Assembly (NCBI RefSeq): GCF_018977255.1
Contig: NW_024704742.1
Coordinates: forward strand, 126,730,001 to 126,794,000
Direction of reading: 5' to 3'
DNA: 64,000 bases
Source: Callorhinchus milii
Lineage: Eukaryota
Part shown: positions 52,262 through 64,000 of the stretch, one piece after another
How positions within the stretch are numbered: position 1 is the stretch's first letter
Layout of the letters: each line of letters begins with the position of its first letter
Made by a program: the position numbers and the translations under genes
The notes under the pieces: generated by a model
Databases searched by the model: none
Seen by the model: only the letters and a program-made list of their open reading frames with translations
What the model was told of the DNA's origin: nothing

Positions 52262-52445
52262 TTTCTCTTTGACCGAGCCTTCAGCTCGCCTCTCGACTCT
52301 CTTCCCCTTCCTCGCTCCCTCCCTTCCCTCCCCTCACCCTGACCATTTCCCCACTGCTCGGGTCATGACCCAACTGTGCAGCGCCTTGGACGTCCTCCTG
52401 ACGTGAAAGGCGCTTTATAAATGGAATCTTGTTGTTGTTGTTGTA
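52262..52445 (+). mobile_element. L2 3' end, ~185 bp
   Basis: Near-identical to 48473-48657. Confidence 0.9.
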
Positions 52446-52519
52446 AACAGCTGCCAAAGATTGGGACCAATATGATTTTATCAGTGTGATATCAGTTAAG
52501 CTCTATTGCAGTCCTTTAC

Positions 52520-52600
52520 CTTAATTGTATCCAGTGCCAGGTCCATGATGGCACACTGCTTCGGTGTAAGGCTTCTCGCTTCTTCCCGGACCATGTGATC
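52520..52600 (-). CDS. UNC13B: UNC13B exon, 81 nt ([27 protein letters not shown])
   Basis: AG/GT bounded, phase 0-0, Munc13 MHD2 sequence. Confidence 0.95.
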
Positions 52601-53995
52601 CTGGAAGATCAAAAGATTTTTTTTAATAGTAATTACACAAAGGAAATTATTTTTATAAACATTTTTACAAAAGGACCCAAACAGCAGCATCTTGTTTTCT
52701 GTTCACTAATAAGCAATGTGTGGAATGCTAGCACTGCCTGCTGGAATTGTAACAAGTATTTTATAATTGGCGAACCTCAATGCTTCAAGCCTCTCGATCA
52801 CTTCTTTGGAAGCTGGAACAGTTCCTGATAGATTGGACGGAAGTGAGAGTGGTATTGATGTTGAATCAATCATCAGGAATTCTTGCCTTATGTAGACAAA
52901 CACTGCAACTCATGAAGTCTGTTCTACATCTCAGTAAGTAACTAACAGGGATTCTGCATTGACCATTGTTACCCAAATACAACAAAAGTTTCATGTCTTT
53001 TCTGTAATATTTGATAATAGTAGAAATATAATAATTATGCCATAAGATCAAACTTAATTGAAAATGTGCCTCAAAGGACCCCTCCATCCACCTTAGGTTT
53101 CTAACCTGTGTGCTCGTTAAAGTGAGATATCAATGCTGTGTAATGAATTGGAATATTTTACACCAGTTTTGTTCGGGATTGAACAATCCCACTTTTGGTG
53201 CAGTATAATGTACGGCAATGGTGTTCTGCCTCAAAACAGCTTAAGATACCCCTCATCCTCAAAACAGTTGTACTAGTGTGACTTTCTATTTCACACGCCA
53301 GTAACACTCTCAGTTAAACTCGAAATTTATGCCTACTAACACCATATGTGTGTGTTGTATATTCAGGCAGATGAAGATTTGGTAGATTGATAACAAAGGT
53401 ACCAGAGAAGCAACTTTAATCCCATTAATCTGAGTTGGATTAAAATCCAGGCATGTCCTGAAAGGGAAAACACAGTGTGGTAACCCAATGCATCGCACAG
53501 GACCCTGTCTTTAACACCTCTTAGAATTGCAAAGGGCATTCAATGCTCAAGCCAGTTTCCAAGAATCCAAAGCCACTTTTCAAGAATCATCTGAGAAGTT
53601 CATTGGAGCAGTGCTCAGGACAGCTTCCAATGGCTTTATATATAGAAGAAGCATGAACTGAATAGCTCTATTTATTCTACTGGACCACTCTATCTGTCAA
53701 GTGACAAAAAACAAGAATTTGCAATGTTTGGGTTTTCCGATTTCTTTTGGAGAGTATGATGGAGTTGACAACACAACAGATAGTAGAATACATGCAACAT
53801 CTATTCATGAAACCAAAGATAAACTTATTTCACATAGTTATTACAAACAAAACATTCTTCAAATCAATTTGTTTTCAATTATTTACTGTTAAGAATGGAA
53901 ATAAGAAAAAAAAGTTAGTGTATCTTTTTGGCTGGGACATTGCATGCATTCAGCTGTACATGAACAAGTCTACTGATCGTGCAATATACCAATAC

Positions 53996-54052
53996 CTTCA
54001 GCTTAGACAACTGCCCCAGTTCTTTAGCAGCAGTAAAAATCAGCTGTGTACC
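53996..54052 (-). CDS. UNC13B: UNC13B exon, 57 nt (GTQLIFTAAKELGQLSKLK), MUN domain
   Basis: cacag|GGT...AAG|gtattg, phase 0-0. The peptide matches the Munc13 GTQLIFTAAKEL segment. Not visible in the ORF track. Confidence 0.93.
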
Positions 54053-54526
54053 CTGTGGTTGCATGTATCAAAAGTGAGAAAAACATTACAATTCAATAAG
54101 GTTAGAAGAAATGCCACAATGGTACAAATCCAGAAGACAAGTTAGGCATTACTACTGTGTATAGATATACACATGCACACATACATACACAAAGACAGAC
54201 CAAGGTTCCCAACACTTCACATTTGAAGTAATAATAATAATTATAATAACAAGTAATCTAATAGTCACAATTACTTGTGCAGATTATTATAAATTTGGTA
54301 ATTATCTTTGGAATAAAGTAGCCCATAGTGCCCTAAGATTACCTCATCAATGAATTACCTTGCTGCACATCGCCCATGGCACTATTTAATTTCCTTCAAG
54401 GAGCCCAATGTTTATACTAAAATAAACTGCCTTGGGAGATAAATGATTTTTTTTTAATGGTGAAAAAAGCAAAATCCGATTGAACTCATTAAGAATAATG
54501 AAATATTCCTGGATTCAAGTCTCATA

Positions 54527-54810
54527 AGCAAGTGAGAGACCTGAGTTCAATTCCAGGCAGAGGTCGAAACCTTGGGCAAGTTTCCTTACTCCACGCGCCT
54601 AATAATAATCCCTCCAAAAACAATAATAAATTGGTCATTTTCAATCTACGACTGTTTGTGGGACATTGCTGTGCGCAATTGGCTGCCGCGTTCGCCCACA
54701 AATATACAGTCAATTCACTTTACAGTGTGTTCTGTGAAGAGCTTTGGGATGTCCTCCTGACATGAAAAGCGCTATATCAAATGCAAGGATTATTATTATT
54801 ATTATTATAA
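54527..54810 (+). mobile_element. tRNA-SINE, 5' truncated
   Basis: Begins at gcaagtgagagacctgag, with (TAT)n tail. Confidence 0.9.
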
Positions 54811-56609
54811 TGTTTCTAGTAATTCTATTTTAAATCCACTAGGGGGGGATAACCACCACAACTATCCACTCTTTATTTTCCCTCCACCTGAGAGAAATCA
54901 GGTTTCTTTCTCGTACATAAAACTCGCACTTTGTTACATATTGGTAGCCGACAATGAAGATATGAGGCCAGCTGGATGATAAAATATTTTTTTCAATTCA
55001 GGCATGTTATGTTTGAAAACAATCTGAATGAAAATATCCCCTTTGCACTAGCTAGTTTCACCAGAATATATTTTTGGGGCAAATCAACTAAAACTCTTAC
55101 GGATAAAGATCTGGACAAAAAAAATTAATCTTCAAAAAAAATCCTAAAAAAAGTTTAAAATTCCACATCGACTCAAATACCACATTCAACAACTATTACA
55201 TTTGATACAACACCTGTAACATTGAAATGTCTCAAAGAACTACACAAGTAATTGCTGTGAAGCAAAATTACTATGATTTTGTAGGCAAAATGGGTGCTAA
55301 TTTTTGCACATCATTGTCTCACAAACAGCCATGAAGTGAATGACCAATTTTATCTGGAGAATCGTTGATCAGAACACTGGGAGAAACTCTCTTTTCTTTT
55401 AGAATAGTTTAATGGGAACGTTAATACTATCTTAGTGCTACCAACTGAGCCATTTTGAAAACAAAATAGTCTATTTTCCTTACAAACAGAGTGAGAAAAG
55501 TTAAGAACAATTGAGAAACTATAACTTTTTTCTCAAATGATTGTCAAAAGGACTGAGGAATGGGAAGCTGATTTACTGTGTAGCTAATCACATGTAAACT
55601 GTGTCCTCCCTCTTTGGGCATCGTGATTTGGTGGCACCAATATAATATACAAATAAGCAACTGAGTTTAAATCATTGAATGAGAAGCAAATCTACACAAG
55701 CACCAGCACAAAGGGAAAGGCAGAGAGTTCCTTCAAACCAGACCAGACCTTCCCTCCTCCTGTGCTCTTGGCTAGTTTTAAATAAATCTGCATTGACGAG
55801 AGTCCATTGTAAATCCTTTAAAATCTCAATTTCATCCATTTTGTCTGGAGTGAACCTGCTGGACTAACATGAGCCAGTGACCTCTTCATCACATCCACTC
55901 CACAGAACATGGAATCCTAAAATTAAATTCCAATTGCAAGACTCATCCTGGTGGAGAAATCCTATTACCAAAAAACACAAGCTGCAAATCACAAGAAAGA
56001 AGCTTGCCCTTTGTGAAGCATTGTTTTACTGAAAAATAATGCAGATTTATTCATGGGATTATACAGAGTGCAAATCTATCAGACACCTTAGATTTCAGTT
56101 TGCAATCAGTTATTGATTTTTCTCATCATTTTAAAAATTATGAAAAGATGTATCTACATTTCAGATTCAATTAAATCTTCACATGAACAATACTTTTATA
56201 GAACTCATTACAAGAGAGTTTAATCTTTTGATCCTAATCCATGGAGGCAATTATGTGTCACTGAATAAGTCCCTGTAATTAATAATGAGCTAAGTAGAAA
56301 TAAAAGTTGCCAGTCAGTTCGAATAAAGCTAATTGATACCAAGGATTTGCAGAACAGGTCCAAACTGAACCAGTAATTTGTCTGTCACGACCTTTGATAA
56401 CCTAATCTAAGTGTCAGTTTCAGTTTTCAATAAAGTAACACTTTTTTAACCCTTCTCCTCAATCTCCAACATTCACCATCTACAGCCAATGACTGACAGA
56501 CAGTTCTGGCTCTGAGTCTGATTATCCCAGATCAATTCAACTTCAGAAATCTCACTTTCCCATGATGGCTGGGGAAGGTCTGAAATACACCATGAAAGGA
56601 ACCAGGAAG

Positions 56610-56970
56610 CATTGCTGTTCCCTACCAACCTGCCCGCTACCTCTGTTCAGCAGATTCCGGCCGGCTCCATGTCTTCCGCCCAACCTGCCCTAAAATCGGT
56701 GGCCGGGCTTTCAGCCTCTCTGCCCCCACATTCTGGAATTCCATCCCACATCCCTTTGCCTCGCTTCTTCCCTTGCCTCCTTCAAGGCCGGTCTCAAGAC
56801 CCTCCTCTTTGATCGTGCCTTCGGTCACCCTCCCACCTCTCTGGTTTCCCTCACCCCTACCCCATCCCGCCCCCATGCTCGGGTCCGACCCCTGATTGTC
56901 CAGCGCCTTGGGATGTCCTCCCGACGTGAAAGGCGCTCTATAAATGTCATTTTGTTGTTGTTGTTGTTGA
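56610..56970 (+). mobile_element. L2 LINE 3' end with (GTT)n tail
   Basis: Similarity to other L2 3' ends in this window. Confidence 0.88.
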
Positions 56971-57182
56971 AGTGTACCACTGCATCATTACCACTTCCTT
57001 ACTCCGTAGAAATGTAATAATAATCCTTGCATTTGATATAGCGCCTTATCACGTCACATATTGTAAAGTGAATTGACTGTATTTTGTATTCTGTGTATTT
57101 TATAAATTAAGTTTATGTATTGTAATGACTATAAAGTCCAAACTGGAAATGATCTTTATAACTCAATAAATTTCTTTACATT

Positions 57183-57712
57183 GGCTGAAGGCCCGGCCAC
57201 CGATGGTAGGGCGGTTGGGGCGAGGGATATGGAGCAGACCGGAGCCAGAGGAATGGAGAGTACGGGCAAGTAGGTAGGGGGATAGTAGGTCAGAGAGGTA
57301 GGAGGGTGCAAGGCCGTGAATGGCCTTGTAGGTGAGGATGATGATCTTGAAATCGATCCTCTGGGGGATGGGGAGCCAGTGGAGGTGAGCAAGGGTGGGA
57401 GTGATGTGTTCCCGAAGCCCGGTGCAGGACAGTACACGAGCTGCAGAGTTCTGAATGACCTGCAGCTTGTGGAGGGAGGTGCCGGGAAGGCCGGCGAGGA
57501 GAGAGTTCCCATAGTCCAGCCTTGAGGTGATAAAGGCGAGGGCCAGGGTTTCAGCAGCGTGAGGGGTGAGGTAGTGCCGTAGTCTGGCGATGTTCCGAAG
57601 GTGATGGAAGGCAGTGCCAGTTGTGGCGTGGATATGAGGAAGAAAGGACAGCTCAGGGTCGAACAGAACACCGAGGTTCCTGACTGCCTTTGAGATGTGG
57701 AGAGTGCAGCCT
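57183..57712 (-). mobile_element. L2 LINE ORF2 fragment, open across ~175 codons
   Basis: RNLGVLFDPELSF..SRLDYGNS..LHWLPIPQRIDFK peptide. Confidence 0.93.
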
Positions 57713-58749
57713 TGTTTTTTTTTTCGCATAATTTTAAGAGAATTTGGATTGAATGTTAGCAAATCATGAAAGTTGTACCGTTGAAGTGGTAAAATTAGTG
57801 TAACATCCAGTTTGTGAATTCTGCATTTTGAACAAAAGTATCAAGTTTTAATGCAGTAAGTACTGATTAATAAATGTTAAGACTAAGCAGTTTTTTTTTC
57901 AAACTAGCTATTACAAATTGCACTTTTGCATAAAATCAGTCCTCTATTCATAATGATAGTGTTCAGAATATCTAGTCATAACAATTATTTTCGCGCAACA
58001 TAATAAACAGTACCAATTATAGCATTGCATAGTGTACAGAACAAATCAGATGAAGTAAAGAAAGCACAAGCGTTGCAGAAGTATTTTGAATGTACTTCTT
58101 TACTGGGAAAATGAAGTTACCTTCAGTTCCCAGAGGGTTAAAAAAACAAATACAACAGATCTTGCACGAATGATTACTGTGAAACAATCTGTTTTATTTG
58201 AAACCTGTGTCATTCTTCCTGCCAAAATGGTATGAGTGCATGACAGCAATAGCAATAAACAGCTGGTCACGGTGACATGCAGGGAAATTAATCTTTCAGC
58301 ATGAATAAGCCTCATAATCTGGTCAGAGACTCCTAGGATTGAGCAGATCAAGATGATACCCGAAATTATGAAAACCTACGCAATATCTGTCAAAGTTCTG
58401 TTGCAATATATAGGTCATACATATTACTGTATTTATAGTGTATTGAAAAATGGTTAGATTTAATCATACCATTCTAATCAAATGAGGTGAATGAACAGCG
58501 AAACAATTGGCAACATTACTATACATTCCACAGCAGTTCGTCCAAACACAAATGCAAAACTATTAAAGAAAACAGATTCATAGGCATTGTCTGGAAGATT
58601 GTATCGCAACAGGACATCTGAATTGTTCTTAACTTTTATCTCCAGCTATTGTGATTACTCCATAGTTGTTTTTGAATTTTATATAAAATCCTAATTGAAG
58701 AAATTAATTTATCCCATTCAGGAAGGGGGAGGAGGTGGGAGCTGAATGG

Positions 58750-59520
58750 CTTGCTGATAGCGGAAGCTGAATAGCTTGGTTCACGAATGAAATATAGTCA
58801 CAAAGCACCCATGAAATTGTTCATCAACATGAGCTTCAGAAAAGCATTATTGGATTGTCTGGTGAAGGAGGGTGAACTGGTTACTTTGAATGAAAAACAT
58901 ACTGAAATGTAAAAGCTCAATACTTCTGACAACAAAGATTAAAAAAAATTTTTTTTCTTATGGGCATTAATCATGTTAACAGAAAATTAAGAGCAGGGCA
59001 TTGAAGTATAGCCTGAAGAATAAAGCACTTAACAGTGGTTGAACAGAGGAATCTTGGGGTACAAAGACACAAATCACTAAACGTGGGACAGCAGGAACAG
59101 AAAGATCTCAAGGCAGCAAATTAGCTTCCGAAACTTATAAACTTAAGTGCTGAATATAAAACTACAGATGTTAAGTATAGAGGATATTGGTTGAGTTTCA
59201 ATTGGAATACTATGTTCAGTTTTGGGCTCTCCATTAGGGAAAGGATGTCAGAGAAATAGAAGGTGCAGAATAGGTTCACAAGGATGAGGCTAGATATGAA
59301 ACATTATTAAACATATAAAAAGGTAAATTGGGAGGTTTAAACTGGCACAAAGGAGACTGTGAGGGGATATGATAGGTGAAAGTGACAAGTCAGTGTAAAA
59401 AGTCTATTTTCTTTTGTTGGGGAAGTGGTGACCAGGAAGCACTGTCTCAGAACTGTTTGTAGCAAAATTAGGGAAGAGGTAGAAAAAATCTCGTATTTAC
59501 CCGTAAATGGATGCTCACTA
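58750..59520 (+). mobile_element. Old CR1 LINE 3' relic (similar relics at ~7030-7300+, 7540-7660+, 18880-19260-, 30600-30990+, 36700-36960+, 38780-39110+)
   Basis: CR1-type blocks aggaatcttggggtac, ggaatactatgttcagttttgg and aaggatgtc..gaaggtgcag. Confidence 0.65.
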
Positions 59521-60149
59521 GCGAGGGGATGTTGCAGGGTATTGCATGGTGGCGTGTGAATTTCTTACCAGGATAAATGGGGTCTCCTTGGACCTGAATC
59601 AGGGCCTAGCAACGGAATGTCAGAATCGAGCCAGCCCTTTCTGGTGGTCTCAGTATTGCAGTTTCTGTACAAATACTACCTACACGTGGAAATTTTCCTG
59701 CATCTGGAATGGAACATCGGGGGGACAGTTTGGCAAGAGTCTGCACTGAGGGACTGCTGTAGTTTAACCGGCTAAACCGGCATAGCTTGCCATTGAGAGC
59801 ACCATTTTATCGCTGTTTGTCCACCAGGACTAAGCACTCCAGTCAGCTACCCCGCATGAACGGCCTAAATCCAAGTTGTTGTTGTTGTTGTTGTTGACAA
59901 CTCTACCCTTGTGTGTTTTGGCTTGCAGAATTAACAGGAGTTGAGCGTTAGGAATCCTTGTTCCTCGTGACTGGTCTGACCCTCCACATCCTGCCAATGA
60001 GCCAGGCTGCCTGATCTGTCATCCATAGTGCCTTTGCACTGTGCCTGGAAAATGTCTCAGGAAAAAGCCTCTGGAATTCTTAAGAGAAAATAGTTAGGGA
60101 AATTTCTTACAGAATACCAAGGGCCACTTTGCTTCAGGACATGTGCTGC

Positions 60150-62370
60150 TTATTATCAGGAATCTGTAAAGTTGACTTCCGCCCAACCCACCTCCATCTC
60201 CTACCGCCCCTGGAAAGAAATCTTCCCCCCTCCCTCTCCACTGCCTTGGAGTCATCGGAACTCCTCCCCCTCTGGGCTTCCTCCCACAATAACCTATCCT
60301 CCTCGGTCACTCTCCTCCACAACTCCCTCTCCACCGCTCTCTAAACCCTTGCTCCCCTCATTTCCCGAACTGCCTCCTACTCACGGAAGTCACCCTGGTA
60401 CACCAGCTACCTCCGCTCCCTCAAGGCACAGGCGCGCGCCGCTGAACCCACCTGGCTCAAATCCAATTTAGTGGGAGATCTAGCCTGACCTTATCAAAAC
60501 TCTGCACTCACCTCCGCTAACTTGTCTTTCTTCTCCAACAAAATCTTGGAGGCCAGGCACAACTCCAGGCTTTTCCATCACCAACCGGCTTCTCCTTTCC
60601 ACCCCTCTCATACCTTGCCTATCCTCTCCTCCCAACACCAACTGCGAGGAGAAGCTGGACTTCCTCAAAACCAAAGTTGAAGGGATTCGCTTAGCTTTCT
60701 CTGCCCTTCCGTCTACTACCCTTCCCCACCTACCCCTCACACCCCTGCCCCTATCCATCCCTCCCTCCACACCTTTGAACTTGTCTCCCTCTCCTCATCA
60801 CTATAACCCACATTAAACAGACCAACTGCTCCTCGACCCCATCCCTACCTCTCTCCTTACCTCCCAGCTCCACCTCCTTGCCCCTCTACTCACAGATATC
60901 ATAAACCTCTCCTTGTCCACTGGCACCATTTTCACCTCTTTAAAAATGTCCATCAACACTCCTATCCTTAAAAAACCCTCCCTGGACCCATCCCTACTCT
61001 CAAACCAGCACCCCATCTCCAAGGTCCTGGAACGAGTTGTTGCTTCCCAGCTTCACTCCTTCCTCTCCCACCACTCCCTTCATAAACCCCTCGAATCGGG
61101 TTTCTGTACCAACCGTAGCACAGAAACAACTTTGGTGAAAGTGACAAACGGCATTTTGTCCATCTGCAACAAGTGCTCCCTCTGCCTCCTCGTCCTCCTT
61201 GACCTCTCTACTGCCTTTGACCACTCTATCCTCTTCCACCGCCTCTCCTCTCACCTCAACCTTCATGGTCCTGTCCTTGAATGGTTCTGATCCTACCTCT
61301 CACACACCGTCTCCACTTCACCTCCACAAACTGTTTTTCCTCTAGCCCCCGCAATGTCTCATGCGGCGTTCCTCAGGGCTTTGCCCTTGGTCCCCTCCTG
61401 TTCAATATCTATATGCTCCCTCTTGGTGACATCATCTGCAGACATGGGGTCAACTTCCACATGTATGCGGATGACACCCAACTCTAGCCCGCTGCCTCCA
61501 CTCTTGACTTCAGGACCACTGCTGCCCTGACAGAATGTCTGTCAAACATCAAGTCCTGGATGAGAGCTAAGTTTCTACAGTTGAACGTCAACCAAACCGA
61601 GGCCCCCTGATTGGCTCCTGTCAGTGCCTCCACACCTCAGGCACTGACAGCATCATCTTCCAAGGATGCACACTCTGGAATCTTGGCGTCTTGTTTGACC
61701 CTCAACTATCCTTTCTACTCCACATCCATGACATGACCCGCTCTGCCTTCCCCCACCTCCGCAACATCGCTCGGCTCTGCCGCTGTCTCACACCGCAGGC
61801 TGCCGAAACCCTCATTCACGCTTTCATTACATCAAGGCTTGACTATGCAAACTCACTGCTTGTCGGCCTCTCCAACTCCTCCCTCCATAGGCTGCAGATC
61901 ATCCAGAACTCTGCAGATCTTGTACGCACCAGACTCTGCGACCTTATCACCCCCATTCTTACCTGACTCCACTAGCTTCCCATCACACAGAGGATACAGT
62001 TCAAGATCCTGGTCCTCACCCTTAAAGCCCTCCAAGGCCTTGCTCCCCCTACCTCCGCGATCTCCTAACCCCCTACCAACCGGCCTGCTCCCTCCGCTCA
62101 GGGGGTTCCGGCGTGCTTCACATCCTCTGCCATCCTTCACTCTGTCCCCATGCTTTGGAACTCCATCCCACAGTCCTCCCTTGCCTCTTTCAAGACCCAT
62201 CTCAAGACCCACCTCTTCAACTGTGCCTTCGATCACCCTCTTTCCCTCCACCCTCTCTGATCCCAAACCCCAATTCAGGTTCCAAACACTGATTGTCCAC
62301 CACCTTGGGACATCCTCCCGATGTGAAAGGCCCTAAACAAGTGTAATTTTGTTGTGTTGTTGTTGTTGTT
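60150..62370 (+). mobile_element. Longest L2 LINE copy (~2.2 kb), disrupted RT, (GTT)n tail
   Basis: [23 protein letters not shown] and YADDTQL peptides, with stops and frameshifts. Confidence 0.93.
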
Positions 62371-63180
62371 GTAGGTGAACAGAGAGAGAAAGGGAGGAAG
62401 GGAGAAAGAGACACACATGTGCAGACACACACACACACATGTAGAGGAGGCAGACATGCACACAAAAAGAGGTAGTGAGACAGAGACCTTAACATTCAGA
62501 GAGGGAAAAGAAGTGCGTAAATATATTCTGGTTGATAGTCCACTTGCAGGTAGTAGTAATTTTAAAACCATTCTCCACAGGAATGTAATAAGACATTATC
62601 AAACTAGCAAATTTCCAAAGCATGCGACCATTGCAAAAGCAGCAGCTGTGGATAATAAGGTTCATAACCTGCAATGCCAGTAACTAATATCCCACTTAAA
62701 TACTGTATTTAACAATTTCATTGTTTCCTTATGTCTATGGAAAAGATACATCAGTCACCATGAAACCATACAGATTAAAGTTGCAGGGTTGATTCCTGTG
62801 CTGAGTTTGCTCCTCTCAGACCTTGGCAGTCTTTGGAACATGATAATTGTTGTCAGCATCAATGAGTCAAAGAGAAAAACAGCCAGAGTTCCTGCAGTGT
62901 AAATGGTGCACCATGGCAGGAAAAGCACCTTGGGAAATAAAATATGTACATCTGTCCCTCTCCTTCTCTGTTGATGCACTTACTTGCCATTTAAGTGTTG
63001 TTTTCAATACCACTATATTTTAAAGGTACTTTTCAGATTTACGAACTACTCAAGTGAACGACTCCAAAATCTCTTAACGAAATCCACAGCAATTTAGCAT
63101 TGCTGGTTGACCACATTGATGGTGGTAGTGCTCAATTTTCCTTGCAGTATAGCTATATGAAGATAGAAGCTAAAACTCAC

Positions 63181-63201
63181 TGACAAAAGTCTGCCTTTCT
63201 C
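63181..63201 (-). CDS. UNC13B: Candidate 21-nt UNC13B microexon (EKGRLLS)
   Basis: Minus strand reads ttctttggtcgtttttgtctgatcaaag|GAG AAA GGC AGA CTT TTG TCA|gtgagt. It is phase 0-0 and resembles the EKGRVKLPS insert upstream of GTQMIF in UNC13A. Confidence 0.55.
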
Positions 63202-64000
63202 CTTTGATCAGACAAAAACGACCAAAGAATAGTGCAGCAATCAAGAATGTAATTCAAACAGGTTACATACTCAGCCATATAATCTATTCCAAATGATTCT
63301 GCAAATGTTTTGAATGATTCTGTTCCAATTTTTATTCTATAATAAAAAATAACATTCTCAAATTTATTACTGAAATACAAATTTTCCCAACATAATTTCT
63401 GCTGTAGGGGGCATGTCGTGACAGCATATATTTTGAGATTGTATGTTGTTTTACAATTATGAATACAATGGTATTAATAATTGTCTTTCTTATATATAGT
63501 AAAATTAAAAAGTAGTTTCTTTGCCAAGTATTTTTGTAAATGTTATTAATTGCAACAAGAGACACAAAAGCAATGGGGCACAAACACAATATACACCTGA
63601 CAAGTGCTCATTTATCCCAACTATGGTATTAGTTTATGTAATATTCATTCTAAGGATTTATTTTGCAGCAACCACCACTCAGTGTAGTTTGCCTACAGAT
63701 TTACTGTATTTTTCTCAAATGAAGATTCATAGAAGGTACAGCTCAGAAACAGGTTATTTGGCTCATCCAATCACACCAGTGTTTATACACGAGAAGTGCC
63801 AAGAGGAATTATAAAGCTAATTAATGCATCTGTAACTATGATGCAGGATAATCAGATTCCTTATCATGCTTTTGAGACGTCGAGAAGACGTGAAAAGCGC
63901 TACATCAAATGCAAGGATTATTATTATTATTAAACAAACATAACTTTGTTCCCAAGATTCCTCAAACCACGGAAGATATCAAATGAAAAAGAGTCTATAA

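Noticed and set aside
58100..58351. Donor-like GAAG|gtaac at ~58120 within a UNC13B intron
   Set aside because: No suitable upstream AG and no peptide similarity.
62755..63012. Donor-like GCAA|gtaagt near 62983 and an acceptor-like site at ~62928 with a 74-aa ORF
   Set aside because: No frame-preserving exon can be built and there is no Munc13 similarity.

Overview
Vertebrate genomic DNA, AT-rich and repeat-dense. The L2/CR1 LINEs, tRNA-headed Deu-domain SINEs and Penelope-type remnants point to a cartilaginous fish, probably a chimaera (inference). There are two spliced genes, both on the minus strand and in tandem. (1) The 3' end of UNC13B (Munc13-2; end of the MUN domain plus C2C): 5 core exons, two 57-nt symmetric exons and a candidate 21-nt microexon, with the stop at 35423-35425. 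(2) The 5' half of an ATP8B-class P4-ATPase phospholipid flippase, assigned to ATP8B5 by synteny with UNC13B: 13 coding exons from the ATG at 17533 down to 1329, containing the DGET, PISL and DKTGT motifs, and continuing past the window start. Between the genes lies a CpG island (~27050-29060) with a tandem array of ~18-20 GC boxes, CCAAT boxes, a G/C-run minisatellite and a putative first exon whose ATG would form a uORF. Most ORF-track entries are repeat-derived or spurious. I see no wholly novel multi-gene system. The best leads are the UNC13B microexon, the GC-box/uORF promoter architecture, a Penelope inverted repeat carrying a hammerhead-ribozyme relic, a PBX/PREP motif cluster, a pre-miRNA-like hairpin and an unclassified repeat family.
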